Assembly: GCA_963751455.1 (NCBI GenBank)
Contig: CAVVUN010000015.1
Coordinates: forward strand, 1,216,001-1,280,000
Direction of reading: 5' to 3'
DNA from: Nitrospirota bacterium
Lineage (GTDB): Bacteria; Nitrospirota; UBA9217
DNA: 64,000 bases
This document shows positions 9,987 to 21,052 of this stretch, one piece after another (position 1 is the first letter of the stretch; each line of letters starts with the position of its first letter). A program made the position numbers and the translations under genes. The notes beneath the pieces were generated by a model that worked only from the letters and a program-made list of their open reading frames with translations, did not search any database and had not been told where the DNA came from.

Positions 9987-10460
9987 ATGTCGGAAGAGAT
10001 TGAAATCAAGGACCTGGATCAAACGCTGGACGGGTACAAGTCGAAGATCGTACAGGTTAACAAGGCCACGCTTACCTGGGACAAAGAGCTCATCTTCATA
10101 GGACGCACCAACCGTGGATACGAAGTGGAATACGATGCTCAACAGCAATGGGGCTGCTCACCAACGGAAACGCTTCTTCTGAGCGTTGCCGGCTGCATGG
10201 GAATCGACATGGTGGCGTTCCTCAAAAAGATGAAATGCGAGATACAATCATATAAAATGGATATTGTGGGGGAACGAAATCCGACGCCTCCTCAGTATTA
10301 CACGTCCATGGAAATGATCATTTCGGTAAAGGGAGCGCAGCTGACGGCAAAGAAAATCGAGCGGGCCATTTCCCTATCGCACGATAAATACTGTTCGGTG
10401 TATCATTCCCTCCGGAAAGACATGAAAGTCAAGGTGGATTATACGTTTGAGAATGTGTAG
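9987..10460 (+). CDS. OsmC/YhfA family protein
   Basis: SPTETLLLSVAGCMGID and SHDKYCSVYHSL with the two conserved Cys; AAGGAG RBS. Confidence 0.9.
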   Translation: MSEEIEIKDLDQTLDGYKSKIVQVNKATLTWDKELIFIGRTNRGYEVEYDAQQQWGCSPTETLLLSVAGCMGIDMVAFLKKMKCEIQSYKMDIVGERNPTPPQYYTSMEMIISVKGAQLTAKKIERAISLSHDKYCSVYHSLRKDMKVKVDYTFENV

Positions 10461-10486
10461 CATTCACTAAAACCAATCTCGAAGCT

Positions 10487-10834
10487 TTATCCGCAGATTG
10501 CGCAGATTTCATGGATTAAGCAGAATCTGAATTCTTCTTGAGTTTAGTAAAAAGTAAATGCTTGATCCTAAAAACGGCATTTGAACACGGATGAACACGG
10601 AAACAGCGGATCAAAACAATGTGATAGAGCAAAAAGCCATCTCGCCTTTTGGGTGAATCCATTACTGTTCGTAACTTCCTATAAATCCGTGTTGATCAGA
10701 TTTTATCCGTGTCCAACTGCTTTTTTCAGGTTGATTTGGTGTTCTGGATATTTCGGAGTCATTTTTTTTTAAATCTGCGTACATCTGCTTGTGCCCGCGT
10801 TTTGGCAACAGCAGGGTACGTAATCTGCGAATAA
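10487..10834. repeat. CGCAGATT-family palindromic element interrupted by the 164-bp MITE
   Basis: Left arm TTATCCGCAGATTGCGCAGATT; right arm AATCTGCGTACATCTG[insert]TAATCTGCGAATAA. Confidence 0.8.
10567..10730. mobile_element. 164-bp MITE-like element, copy 2
   Basis: Identical to copy 1; flanked by an exact TTGAT direct repeat. Confidence 0.85.
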
Positions 10835-10855
10835 GATTATAACAGGCATTTCTTT

Positions 10856-11986
10856 ATGACTACCATCCGGCTGTTAAAAAACGGCGGGGAAGCGTTCCCT
10901 GCCATGTTCGATGCAATCGACGGCGCGGTATCCTCGATCGCCCTTGAAATGTACATAGTTGCGGATGACGAGACCGGGCGCGAGTATCGTTCGCATCTCG
11001 TTGCCGCAGCGAAGCGGGGTGTGCGAGTGATGGTAATCGTGGATGCCTGGGGCTCCTGGGACCTGCATGACTCGTTCTGGGAAGAACTCAGGATGGCCGG
11101 CGGCCTGTTCCGATGGTTCCGGCCGCTGTCGCGCGGCCTGTTCCCTTTTCGCAACCATCGGAAACTTCTGCTCGTAGACGACCGGAAAGCGTTTATCGGC
11201 GGCATGAATATCGCCGATGAATATTACCGGGGGACGAACGGCGAGGAAAGCTGGAGGGACAATGCTCTGGAAATATCAGGGCCTGAAGCCGGGCAGCTTC
11301 GAGGGTCGTTCATGCGCATGTGGTCGAGGGCGAATTCGCCCTTTCGCAGGCTCCTTCTGGGTCTTCGCCGGGAACAGGGACTGCGCGGGAGCATGGATTA
11401 TGGAACGGTCCGTTTTCTTGAAAGCGGACCTGAAGATCCGATGAGGCCGGTGCGCGCCGCTTACTTGAAGGTTGTCAAGGAAGCGGCAAGGAGCATCGAC
11501 CTTGCCATGGGTTATTTCTATCCCCATGGACGAATGATGCGGGCATTGAAGCGCGCGGTAAAACGCGGAGTGCCGGTCCGGTTGCTGTTCCCGCAGAAGA
11601 CCGATGTCCCGATGGCGCGGTGGGCTGCACGCGGTCTTTACGGAAGGCTGCTTCGGGCCGGCGTTGAGGTCTGGGAATACCTGCCTTCCATGATGCATGC
11701 TAAACTGACGATAGCCGACGATACGGTGGTCGCCGGGTCGGCCAACATGGACATCAGGAGCGGCAGAATCAATTACGAACTGGTTGCGGTAGTGAGAGAG
11801 CGGGGTCTTGCCTCCCGCGCCCGTGCTGATTTTGAAGCGGACCTTGCAAGGGCCGTTCTCATCCGGCTCGAGGACTGGAGAAGACGGCCGCTCATCCAGA
11901 AAATCAAGGAGCGCTTCAGTTATTGCCTGCTCGCTCGTCTCGATATTCTGTTTGCCAGTACCGGATTTGAAAAGAGAACACGGTAG
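10856..11986 (+). CDS. Phospholipase D / cardiolipin synthase ClsB-like
   Basis: Two HKD motifs (HRKLLLVD, HAKLTIAD) followed by GGMN and GSAN; no N-terminal TM. Confidence 0.88.
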   Translation: MTTIRLLKNGGEAFPAMFDAIDGAVSSIALEMYIVADDETGREYRSHLVAAAKRGVRVMVIVDAWGSWDLHDSFWEELRMAGGLFRWFRPLSRGLFPFRNHRKLLLVDDRKAFIGGMNIADEYYRGTNGEESWRDNALEISGPEAGQLRGSFMRMWSRANSPFRRLLLGLRREQGLRGSMDYGTVRFLESGPEDPMRPVRAAYLKVVKEAARSIDLAMGYFYPHGRMMRALKRAVKRGVPVRLLFPQKTDVPMARWAARGLYGRLLRAGVEVWEYLPSMMHAKLTIADDTVVAGSANMDIRSGRINYELVAVVRERGLASRARADFEADLARAVLIRLEDWRRRPLIQKIKERFSYCLLARLDILFASTGFEKRTR

Positions 11987-12157
11987 CATCTCGTCGTTCG
12001 GCTATGGTAACGAGGCCTGTTTCGGTGAACGGGAATGTCGTTAAGACGAACAACGTCGCCGAACGACGAAACGGGCATCGCGACCCTTCGACAACAAAAA
12101 AGCAATATAGCCGATACGGGCCTCATTGCCGACGCACGATTAATATCAGGAGGGACC

Positions 12158-12730
12158 ATGAATCTGAAAGGCAGTAAGACCGAGCAAAACCTGCTTGCCG
12201 CTTTTGCCGGAGAATCCCAGGCACGAAACCGCTATACCTATTTCGCGAGCGCGGCCAGGAAAGAAGGGTACGAGCAGATAGCGGCTTTTTTCCTGGAGAC
12301 CGCTGAAAATGAGAAAGAACACGCAAAAAGGTTTTTCAAGTTTCTGGAAGGCGGTATGTCCGAATTCACCGCCTCCTTTCCCGCCGGGATGATCGGCACC
12401 ACGGCGCAGAACCTGCTTTCAGCGGCTTCCGGAGAAAATGAGGAGTGGGCGAAGCTTTACCCGGGGTTCGCCAGGATTGCCGAGGAAGAGGGCTTTGGGG
12501 CCGTTGCACAGACGTTCCGGCTGATCGCAAGCGTTGAGGTGCAGCACGAAAAGCGGTATCGGAGGCTGCTGGATAATATCGAGAAGGGAAGGGTGTTCAG
12601 GAAGGATTCAACCGCGGTCTGGAAGTGCCGGAACTGCGGGTATCATCATGAAGGAACGGAAGCTCCCGAGGTCTGTCCGGCGTGCCTGCACCCGAGGAAT
12701 TTCTTTGAACTGCTTGCAGAGAACTACTAG
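12158..12730 (+). CDS. rbr: Rubrerythrin
   Basis: [16 protein letters not shown] and EVQH diiron motifs; C-terminal CRNCG...CPAC rubredoxin domain. Confidence 0.95.
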   Translation: MNLKGSKTEQNLLAAFAGESQARNRYTYFASAARKEGYEQIAAFFLETAENEKEHAKRFFKFLEGGMSEFTASFPAGMIGTTAQNLLSAASGENEEWAKLYPGFARIAEEEGFGAVAQTFRLIASVEVQHEKRYRRLLDNIEKGRVFRKDSTAVWKCRNCGYHHEGTEAPEVCPACLHPRNFFELLAENY

Positions 12731-12938
12731 TGTAGTGTCTCACAAACGACTGGTGTTATCATAGCGCAGCAGTAGGCCGCAGCCAAACTTGTAGGGCAAG
12801 GCTTTAGCCTTGCTGAAAGAGCCGGAACAGCAGCAACCCTAAAGGGTCGCCCTACAAATTCATCAGCAAATATTTATGCGAAGATAAGTTTTCGATGAAA
12901 TCATCATAACACCGTCCATTTAAGAGACACTACACTAG
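12727..12938. mobile_element. CTAG-bounded MITE carrying an inverted pair of GTAG-type REPs
   Basis: CTAGTGTAGTGTCTCACAAACGACTGGTGTTAT ... ATAACACCGTCCATTTAAGAGACACTACACTAG; inner GTAGGGCAAGGCTTTAGCCTTGC ... GCAACCCTAAAGGGTCGCCCTAC (12791-12855). Confidence 0.85.
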
Positions 12939-13001
12939 TTAAATTTGTTTCAAAGCGGGCAAGAGAGTTGAGAGTTGAAGGATTGTCGATGAGATGAGAA
13001 T

Positions 13002-13256
13002 TTAAGCCGCTTCGTAATGAATAACCGACATCTCTGATTGTAGTGCCTCAAGACGGTCAAGAAGTGATTCAATCTTGTCGACAACGCTGCTTTTCATATA
13101 GGCTTCGCCGCAATCGGAGCAGATTTCAGCGGGCACGTTCTTAATAACGGTCACTCGCTCCCCGGATAAAAAGGGAATAGTTGTGGTCCCGTCTTTCATC
13201 TCACCGCCGCACAGCGGACAGCGCTTAATTTTTCGTTTTTCTGCGCTTCCAGTCAT
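13002..13256 (-). CDS. YgiT-type zinc finger (MqsA-like antitoxin domain)
   Basis: CPLCGG...VIKNVPAEICSDCGEAY; start uncertain. Confidence 0.8.
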   Translation of the reverse strand: MTGSAEKRKIKRCPLCGGEMKDGTTTIPFLSGERVTVIKNVPAEICSDCGEAYMKSSVVDKIESLLDRLEALQSEMSVIHYEAA

Positions 13257-13560
13257 CTTCCCACCAAAGTATTTTCTCATTTGCAGGGATACTGTGTTCG
13301 TTGGATTTCTTGTGTATGAACCGCTGCTTTCCTTCCGGAGTCATCCTCGCTCCGTTGTTTTTCTCTCCAATTCAAAACGGTGCCTACTTATGTGTGAATT
13401 ATATAGTACAAAAGCTCAAAAGACAATAGGCAGGCCTGCTAATTGGGGTGTTGCCACTCCCAAAAAATTCTTGACAAATTTTCGGTCAAATTTACACTCG
13501 ATCCGCGTAAAAAGCCATCTCTGGAACTGCGGTCATCGATCTCACCCTGATACGTAAAGC

Positions 13561-13593
13561 CGTCATTCCCGAACGTTTTAATCGGGAATCCAG
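13561..13593. repeat. GTCATTCC-type REP-like half element
   Basis: CGTCATTCCCGAACGTTTTAATCGGGAATCCAG. Confidence 0.55.
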
Positions 13594-14223
13594 AGGTTCA
13601 AAAAAGACACACCCCGCACTCGCGCTGTCGCAATACTTAGACACAGTTGTCGTACCATCTCAATAGATAAACTCCCCTCACCCCTGCCTGTCATTCGGCG
13701 AAGCGAGAAATCTTGATTTTGACGTTCGGAATCTTGCCTTTAGCGTTGGAGTAAAGAACCGGCGCACAGAGACTCATTTCTGGGGCCGTCTGCTGACAAA
13801 ATTTGTCACAAAAAAATAGCAAGAAATGCCGAATGTTTTAGCAAAAAAAGCCGAGACAAAATTTTTAAAGTAGTATACAGTAATTGCGTTTTTATTCATC
13901 TTTAAACTCATCACGGATTTGCCCATCCTCGATCTTCTTTAAGATAAGCAAATTGACAAACTGAGAGATTTCCGAAATCTCAGTCTTGTTTCACTGAATG
14001 GTCCTACCCTCCGCTTCAAACATTTTGTTTTAGCAATAATTTATTTCTACAAAACTATAAAATTTGACGCGCTTGTAAGGTTGTGAAACCGGAATCTAAT
14101 CAAGTCAAACATCATTTTATATAGATTCGTTATAGTTTTGCACCTTGCCTTTGAACCCTCTCTCCAAAGGGGAGAGGTTGGGTGAGGGGGGCACTTTCCA
14201 GTACTCGCCAGGAGGGACAAAGC

Positions 14224-17200
14224 ATGCACCACAATTTCTTCTATAGAAAATTTGTCATGCTGGGCATTTTGATTTTATTCTTTATCGTCATGATAACTAC
14301 CCTTGCCCATGCCTCTTCCGAACTTGATGATACGTTAAAAGCTATCAAGGAGAAGAAAGGCAAATGGATTGCTGCAGACACGGCGATATCGAAGTTATCA
14401 CAAGACGAAAGAAAAAATCGGCTGGGTGCTCTTCTGCCGTCTGCAACCGGAAGAGAAAAGAAATTATTAATTCCTTCTGCTTCTTTGCCAATCTATCTTG
14501 ATTGGAGGAATTATGCCGGGAACAATTATGTAACTCCGATCAAGGACCAGGGAACATGCGGAATATGCTGGGCCTTTGCTACCACTGCGGCGCTTGAGTC
14601 GAATGTACTGATATCCCAAAATACGCCGAGTGTCATTCTGGATCTTTCTGAGCAGGTTTTGACTTCCTGCGCGAATGTGGGCACTTGCTCCGGCGGATTG
14701 ATAGATGCAGCTTCTGATTTTATCCGTGACAACGGGCTCCCACAAGAAAGCTGTTATCCGTATATTGCCTCGGACGGCATCTGTTCAAATGCGTGCTCAA
14801 ACTGGTTGACTGATTCCTATAAGATAACGGATTGGTACCTGGTTGATCCTACTGTCAATGCAATAAAATACGCGGTCTATAATCTCGGACCTGTTGTCAC
14901 GCTCATGGCCGCACATACAGATTTCTTCTATTACAGCTCGGGTATATATTCCCACGTATGGGGAGGATTCCAAGGATATCATGCTGCCACCATTATAGGT
15001 TATGATGACGCTGAACAGTACTTTATCGTAAAGAGCAGCTGGGGAACAGACTGGGGCGAAACCGGATATTTCAGGGTCGGTTACAGTGAAATAAGCGCAG
15101 ATACAATTTTCGGGGTCTGGTCGATTGTATATCAAAGCTCTATCCCGGCTGATTTTCCAACCATTGAAGGAATAACAAGAACTTTGAATAAACAGAATGC
15201 GGAGGACCAAAACAACGACAACAACCAGGCGAATGGAACCGAGAACCAACCATCTGGCGGCTCTGCATATGGCCATAGCAATTCACAGGCAGGCAACTCT
15301 TCAAGCAGTACAACCGCAAAAAAGCATCGTCAAATAGCTGGCCCGGGCTGGGTCATGGTAAAGTCGAGACCTATTACCCATGAACAAAATGAAGCCGATA
15401 TTATCGCGGACAGAAAAAATAGACAGACAAACACTACAAAAACACCAATGCTGGCTGCTCTAGCAACCTCTATAACTCCCGAAATCAAAGAACTTGCACG
15501 TGCGTTACACTATGATTTAAATAATATAAATTCCTACATGAAATTCAACATAGACTTTGTTCCCTATTTTGGCTCCCGTAAAGGCGCAACACAGACTCTT
15601 CTAGATGGCAGCGGGAATGATTTCGATCAGGCGGCGTTAATGGTTGCGCTTTTGAGAGAGAGCGGCTACTTAGCCCAATTTTATTTTGTAAAAGTGAGAT
15701 ACTCTTTTGAAGTGCTTGCCAATTTGCTGGGCGTGCAAGAAACCTGGGAAGCAATTTCCGGTGCCTTGTGGTCCGGTGGCATTCCGTGCAGCCGCTATGG
15801 TGACGAACAGGCCGACGTAGATCGTATGTGGGTTCTTGTAACAATCAACGGTGCTTATTTTGCCTATGATCCAGCTATTAAATTATATTCTTACAAGAAT
15901 AAAATCGATATTGCTGGCTCAATGGTTTACAGCCGAAACGAATTGGTAGCTGCAGCTACAGTGGGGGCTACGTTCAACAGTATATATACACAAAATGTAA
16001 ACGAAATGTCTATCAGGGATAAACTAGCGGCCTACTCATCACAACTAGTAAGCGTTATTAGAAATATGTATCCCAATAGTGATGTCAACGAGATATTGGG
16101 AGGAAGAACCATTTTGTCAGATGTAGGGTCAACTTCTATAGGTTATTACTGGTTGAAAGACGAGATACCGCCTGATCTTACATCCAAACTAATTTTGCGG
16201 CATGGTGACCTTGATTATGCGAAGGATTTCTGTAGAATCGATAATCCTGTCTTTTCTTCGGTAGATATTGATGCTGAATATGATATTCCGGATATATCGG
16301 GCAAGAGTCTGACCCTGATGCATCGAAGTGGTAGGCCGATCATCATGAAAGATGAATTTCTGAGTGCTGGGGGACAAGCGGCCACTACGGATAAAGCGCT
16401 TTGCATAATCGTTGATCATCCCGGGACGTTTGCCGATCAATGGGCCACCTACACGATTAAAAACAACGGCTCCTATGCGATAGTCTCTAACTTTAATGGT
16501 GTATCAGACGCGTTACTTCGTAAAAGACAGCAGCGCCTTGATATTTACGTTGCAGCGGGCGCGTCTGAGTATGTGCTCGGTGAAACGCTCAACATTATGG
16601 GTTTAACCTGGATGAAAGAAACTCAGGAAGCTCAAAAACTTTTATCCAGCATTTCGGGCGTTGTGTATGCGACGTACCATCGAGTAGGTCTGATGGCCCA
16701 GGAAGCTGGTTACTATATTGATGTAAAAAATTCTTTGGATTTCACTTCATATAACGACAGCGATAGCGATAAAAAATCATTCCAAAAAGCTCTCACGCTC
16801 ATTCAAAGCTCCTTTGAACATGGAATGCTGGAACAATTAATGGGTTCAGAGAGTTTGCCTAAGCCCGCCGTCTCCACGATGAAACTGTTTCAGCTTGCCA
16901 ATGCATCTGGAAGAAAAGTATTTACCACAAGCAAAAGTAATTTCGAGAGCTCCATTCAACAACAGTTGATAAACTATTCAACAACAGATATCGCCAATAT
17001 TCAGGAGCGCATAAACCGGGGATATACAGTGATTCTTCCTGATAATGGAAAACTGACCTTGAATAACTGGACAGGGGCAGGATATATTTCTCATTTAATG
17101 ACAGGTTCTACCTCTACTTATTATATAGAAGCGTCTATTAGCCCGGGCTACAATGGCGGGTATAGCTCGACGGACGGAACCGTAGACACATCAATGGTCA

Positions 17201-20200
17201 GTGATCGAAACCAAACAAATCAACAGTGCATGCCTAATTCAGATAATATTAACTTAATGATATCGCCTGTTGACACGCCATTGTCTCTTGAGCCGGTAGA
17301 TATGGCGAGTGGCGCGTATGTTTATAATCACACTGATTTAAACCTCGGCAGCAGCGCTCCGATGGGCCTCTCGTTTACAAGGTCATATAACAGCGGCTTG
17401 AACCGGATCAAACGGACGCTGGGCTACGGGTGGACGCACAACTACGACATTTACCTAACCCAAACCAGCCACGGCGATCCCGGTCTCGGCCGACGGCAGC
17501 CCGTGGACGCCGCGTCCTTTATCGCGGCCCTTTATGTAATATACGATATCTTAAAATCTGAAGACAACATCAGAGGATGGATGATTGGGTCGTTGATCAG
17601 TAAATGGGCCATAGATCAGTTGATCGATAACGCCGTTACAGTCCATATAGGAAGCAAGGTCGCGGAATTCATAAAGCTCGCCGATGGTACGTATGCCTCG
17701 CCGCCGGGTGTGACTACAAAATTGGTAAGAAACAGCGACGGAATATTCGATCTTCACGAGCGGTTTGGAACGAGCATGTATTTTAATACAAGCCATCGTA
17801 TCCGCGAAATTGTAGATGCAGATCGCAATACGATGGCGTTTTTCTATAATGGAGGCAACCTGGTTGCTGTGAGAGACGCCTTTGGGCGAATACTTTCATT
17901 CGGATACGATCCTTCAAACGAACAGATAAGCAGTGTGTGGGATACAACCGGTAGAATTGTTGACTATTATTACAGGTCGAATGGTGACCTGTCACAATAC
18001 AAAGATCCTGAACAAAAGATCTGGAGCTATGATTATGACACAGAGCACCGAATGAAGAGCCTTATAAATCCATTCGGGATTGATACGGCAAGAAATTATT
18101 ATGATACGATTGGACGGGTCGAGAAGCAGATCGTGCCTCGTCAGGGTGGGACGACTGCGGAGTATAATTTCTATTTTACCGGATACGAAAATTCAGAAGA
18201 AGATCCGGCAGGAAACAGGATTACCTATTATTTTGATGATAAGGGCAGAAATATTGGTGAGCAGGACGCACTCAAGAATAAATGGACCAAAAAATACGAT
18301 GGACAGGACCATGTAATAGAATTCAATGACCCTAAATTAAACAAAACATCGTATTTATATGATGGAAATCACAATGTCACGAGCATCATTAGCGCATTAT
18401 CCTATACAACGACTTTTCAGTATTACCCGGACACGTTCCTGTTGTCTGATATAATCGATCCGCTCCTTCACACAACCCATTTTGAATACAATTCCAGCAA
18501 TCATCTTAAGCTGACGCGGGACAATGAAGGCAACCAGTTTACAGCGGACTACTATCCAAATGGCCTCAAGCGGACTGCAACTGACGGACGAGGAACCACA
18601 TCGACGTTCGTCTATAACGCTTTAGGCGATCCGTACACATCTCAAACTGGCATACATTCGCTCATTACATATGCCTATGATCCCTTCGGCAGGATGACCG
18701 GGTTGACTGACCAGGCGAACGCTCAGACGACCTTTGAATATGACAAAAGAGGACTACTTAAAAAGATTATTGACCCAAGCCGGACTATATCAACCGATTT
18801 GGTATATTACGATGACGGAAATCTCTGGACTAAAACCGATCGTAACGGTCATACTGTAACCTACTCGTATACTCCCACAGGGAAAATCGAAACGATCACT
18901 TACCCTGATTTTTCTACAGTTACCTTCCTGTACAATCAACTAGATCAACTTTACGAAATGTGGGATTCAATCGGGACCACTTCGTATACCTATTTTGAGA
19001 ATGGCCGACTGAAGTCTATTACAGACCCTCGCGGCTTTACTGTTGGTTATAAGTACGACGCGGCCGGCAATGTATCAGAGCTTACATATCCTGACGGCAA
19101 AAAGTTGATTTACACATATGACAAATTAAATCGGATCAAGACGGTCAAAATCGATTGGCTGACAAAAACTGCCACTTATAACTATAAGGTCAAGGAACTT
19201 TATCTTGAAAATCTTGTCGGTTTTAACGGGCTTGTGACCGGTTACACTTATGACACTGCCCACAGGTTAACGGGAATCAGCAGTACCATAGCAAGCTATG
19301 CTTTTTCAGAACTTGATGGCAACGGCAATAGAAAAACCATCGTGCAGAACGAGCCGCTTGCGCCGAGTTTTGTTATGTCGGATGCAACTTACACTTATAA
19401 TGATACGAAAAACCGCTTATTATCTGCCGGAAATACCTCTTTTATTTATGACATTGAAGGTCAGCTTTTGGCAGGTGACGGTGTTACTAATGAATTTGAC
19501 TATGAGCACCGCCTGAGGAGGAGCGGAAGTAATTATTATTACTACGATAGCAGTGGGAGAAGACTGGAAGCAAATAGAAACGGCGTCACAACCCGCTATA
19601 TATATGATGCTGCTGGGAATGTCATTGCTGAAGCTGATAGCTCCAATACTATTACGCGGTATTACATCTACGGCGCAGGACTCTTGGCCATGGTTACGCC
19701 AGAGGGCGAGGTTTATAGCTATCACTACAATGCAACGGGCAGCACAACAGCGATGACTAACCAGAGCAAGACCATCGTGAATAAATACGCATATGATGCT
19801 TTCGGAGCGGTATTAAACCAGGTGGAGGCCGTATTGCAGCCCTTCAAATATATAGGCCAATTCGGCGTGATAGCCGAACCGAACGGATTCTATTACATGC
19901 GTGCAAGATACTATGACCCAAATGTGGGGAGATTTATTTCTGAAGACCCATTAGGTTTTGGCGGAGGGGATGTGAATCTGTACGCGTATGTGGGGAATAA
20001 TCCGGTGAACTTAATTGATCCGAATGGTAATGTTCCTCAGGCACTTGTAGGGGCTGCAATTGGTGGCGTAACAGGCGGAGTATTAGCTTACGTAAACGAC
20101 CAGCCTGTATTGCCGGGCATAGCGATGGGCGTAGGAACTGGTGCATTAGCAACAGTTACATTTGGAGCTTCTTGGCAACAAATTTTGCCAGTTCTGCTGC

Positions 20201-20423
20201 AATAGGGCTTGTATCTGCCGGTGGCACAAATCTTTTAGGACAACTTTATTCTGGAAACGAAATTAGCTGGAGTTCAGTAGCTTTCTCTGCTGCACTTGGC
20301 GCTAGTACAGGAGTGGCTGGCACTGCCATGGCTGGGAATACAGGCGTTATGGGAAGCGGTTTACTACAGGGTTTGGGTGAAATAGCATTTGGATTGCCTG
20401 CAATGCAAAGGTCATGTCCATAA
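14224..20423 (+). CDS. Secreted fusion: papain-like C1A peptidase + transglutaminase-like domain + Rhs/YD shell + hydrophobic C-terminal toxin (frameshift near 20172)
   Basis: Signal peptide ending AHA; DQGTCGICWAF, HAATIIGY, KSSWG; GSGNDFDQAALMVALLRESG; EPVDMASG...FTRSYNS..GYGWTHNY; YD repeats; RARYYDP..GRFISEDP...NPVNLIDPNG; frame stops at 20205 but continues one base shifted to 20423. Confidence 0.88.
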
Positions 20424-20446
20424 AACAAGAAGTGCCAAATATCTAA

Positions 20447-20926
20447 ATGGAGAATTATAGTATGCAGAATAGCAACAGCAATACGTACAAATATCCATGG
20501 ACGTACAAATTGAACTTCTTGCCTGGCGTATTATTCGTAAGCTTTTTTCTTTATTTAGTTTCGCAATCGAGATCGGAGGACAAGATTTATGGCTATATAA
20601 TTTTTGGAGTAATTCTAGCTTTTTTCATTTTATTGGTTTTTCTTGATAAAAGAAAAATTGCAGGAGAAATTCACACTACAGATGAAGCGATTATTGCGAA
20701 ACGAAAATATAAAAATGATAATTTAATAGAATGGCAACAGATTGAATCTTTAAAAAAAGAAGGTTCTAGCTATTCGATATCTACGAAAAAAAAAGACATA
20801 AAAATGTATGCCATAGTTATCGCAAAGAACAATAAAAGAATCGTTATCAGAAGAGAAATTAATAATTACAATCATCTTTTAAGCGTCATTGAAACAAAGA
20901 CTGGGAAACGGTTTGAAGATTTCTGA
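20447..20926 (+). CDS. Candidate Rhs immunity protein (2 TM + basic soluble domain)
   Basis: Directly downstream of the Rhs C-terminus, strongly AT-rich, two TM helices. Confidence 0.6.
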   Translation: MENYSMQNSNSNTYKYPWTYKLNFLPGVLFVSFFLYLVSQSRSEDKIYGYIIFGVILAFFILLVFLDKRKIAGEIHTTDEAIIAKRKYKNDNLIEWQQIESLKKEGSSYSISTKKKDIKMYAIVIAKNNKRIVIRREINNYNHLLSVIETKTGKRFEDF

Positions 20927-21052
20927 TTAGACTTCAGTGAGGGAACGCTGGTAGGTCGGGTTAGCGAAGCGAACCCAAAATAATCGGCAAGAGCTTGAGG
21001 ATGTCTTCACTACGCGACGAATCCAGGTTTAATCGTGAGGGGAACATTTCTT

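Noticed and set aside
9739-10772. Twin ORFs MNTDEHGNSG... (9739-9966, 10581-10772)
   Set aside because: They start at TTG inside the duplicated 164-bp element and diverge exactly at its end, so they are read-through of a repeat.
13672-14190. CCCCTCACCC / GGGAGAGG..GGGTGAGGGG motifs as island attachment sites
   Set aside because: They look like decayed halves of another small palindromic repeat; no matching direct repeat at the island's right end and no integrase or tRNA.
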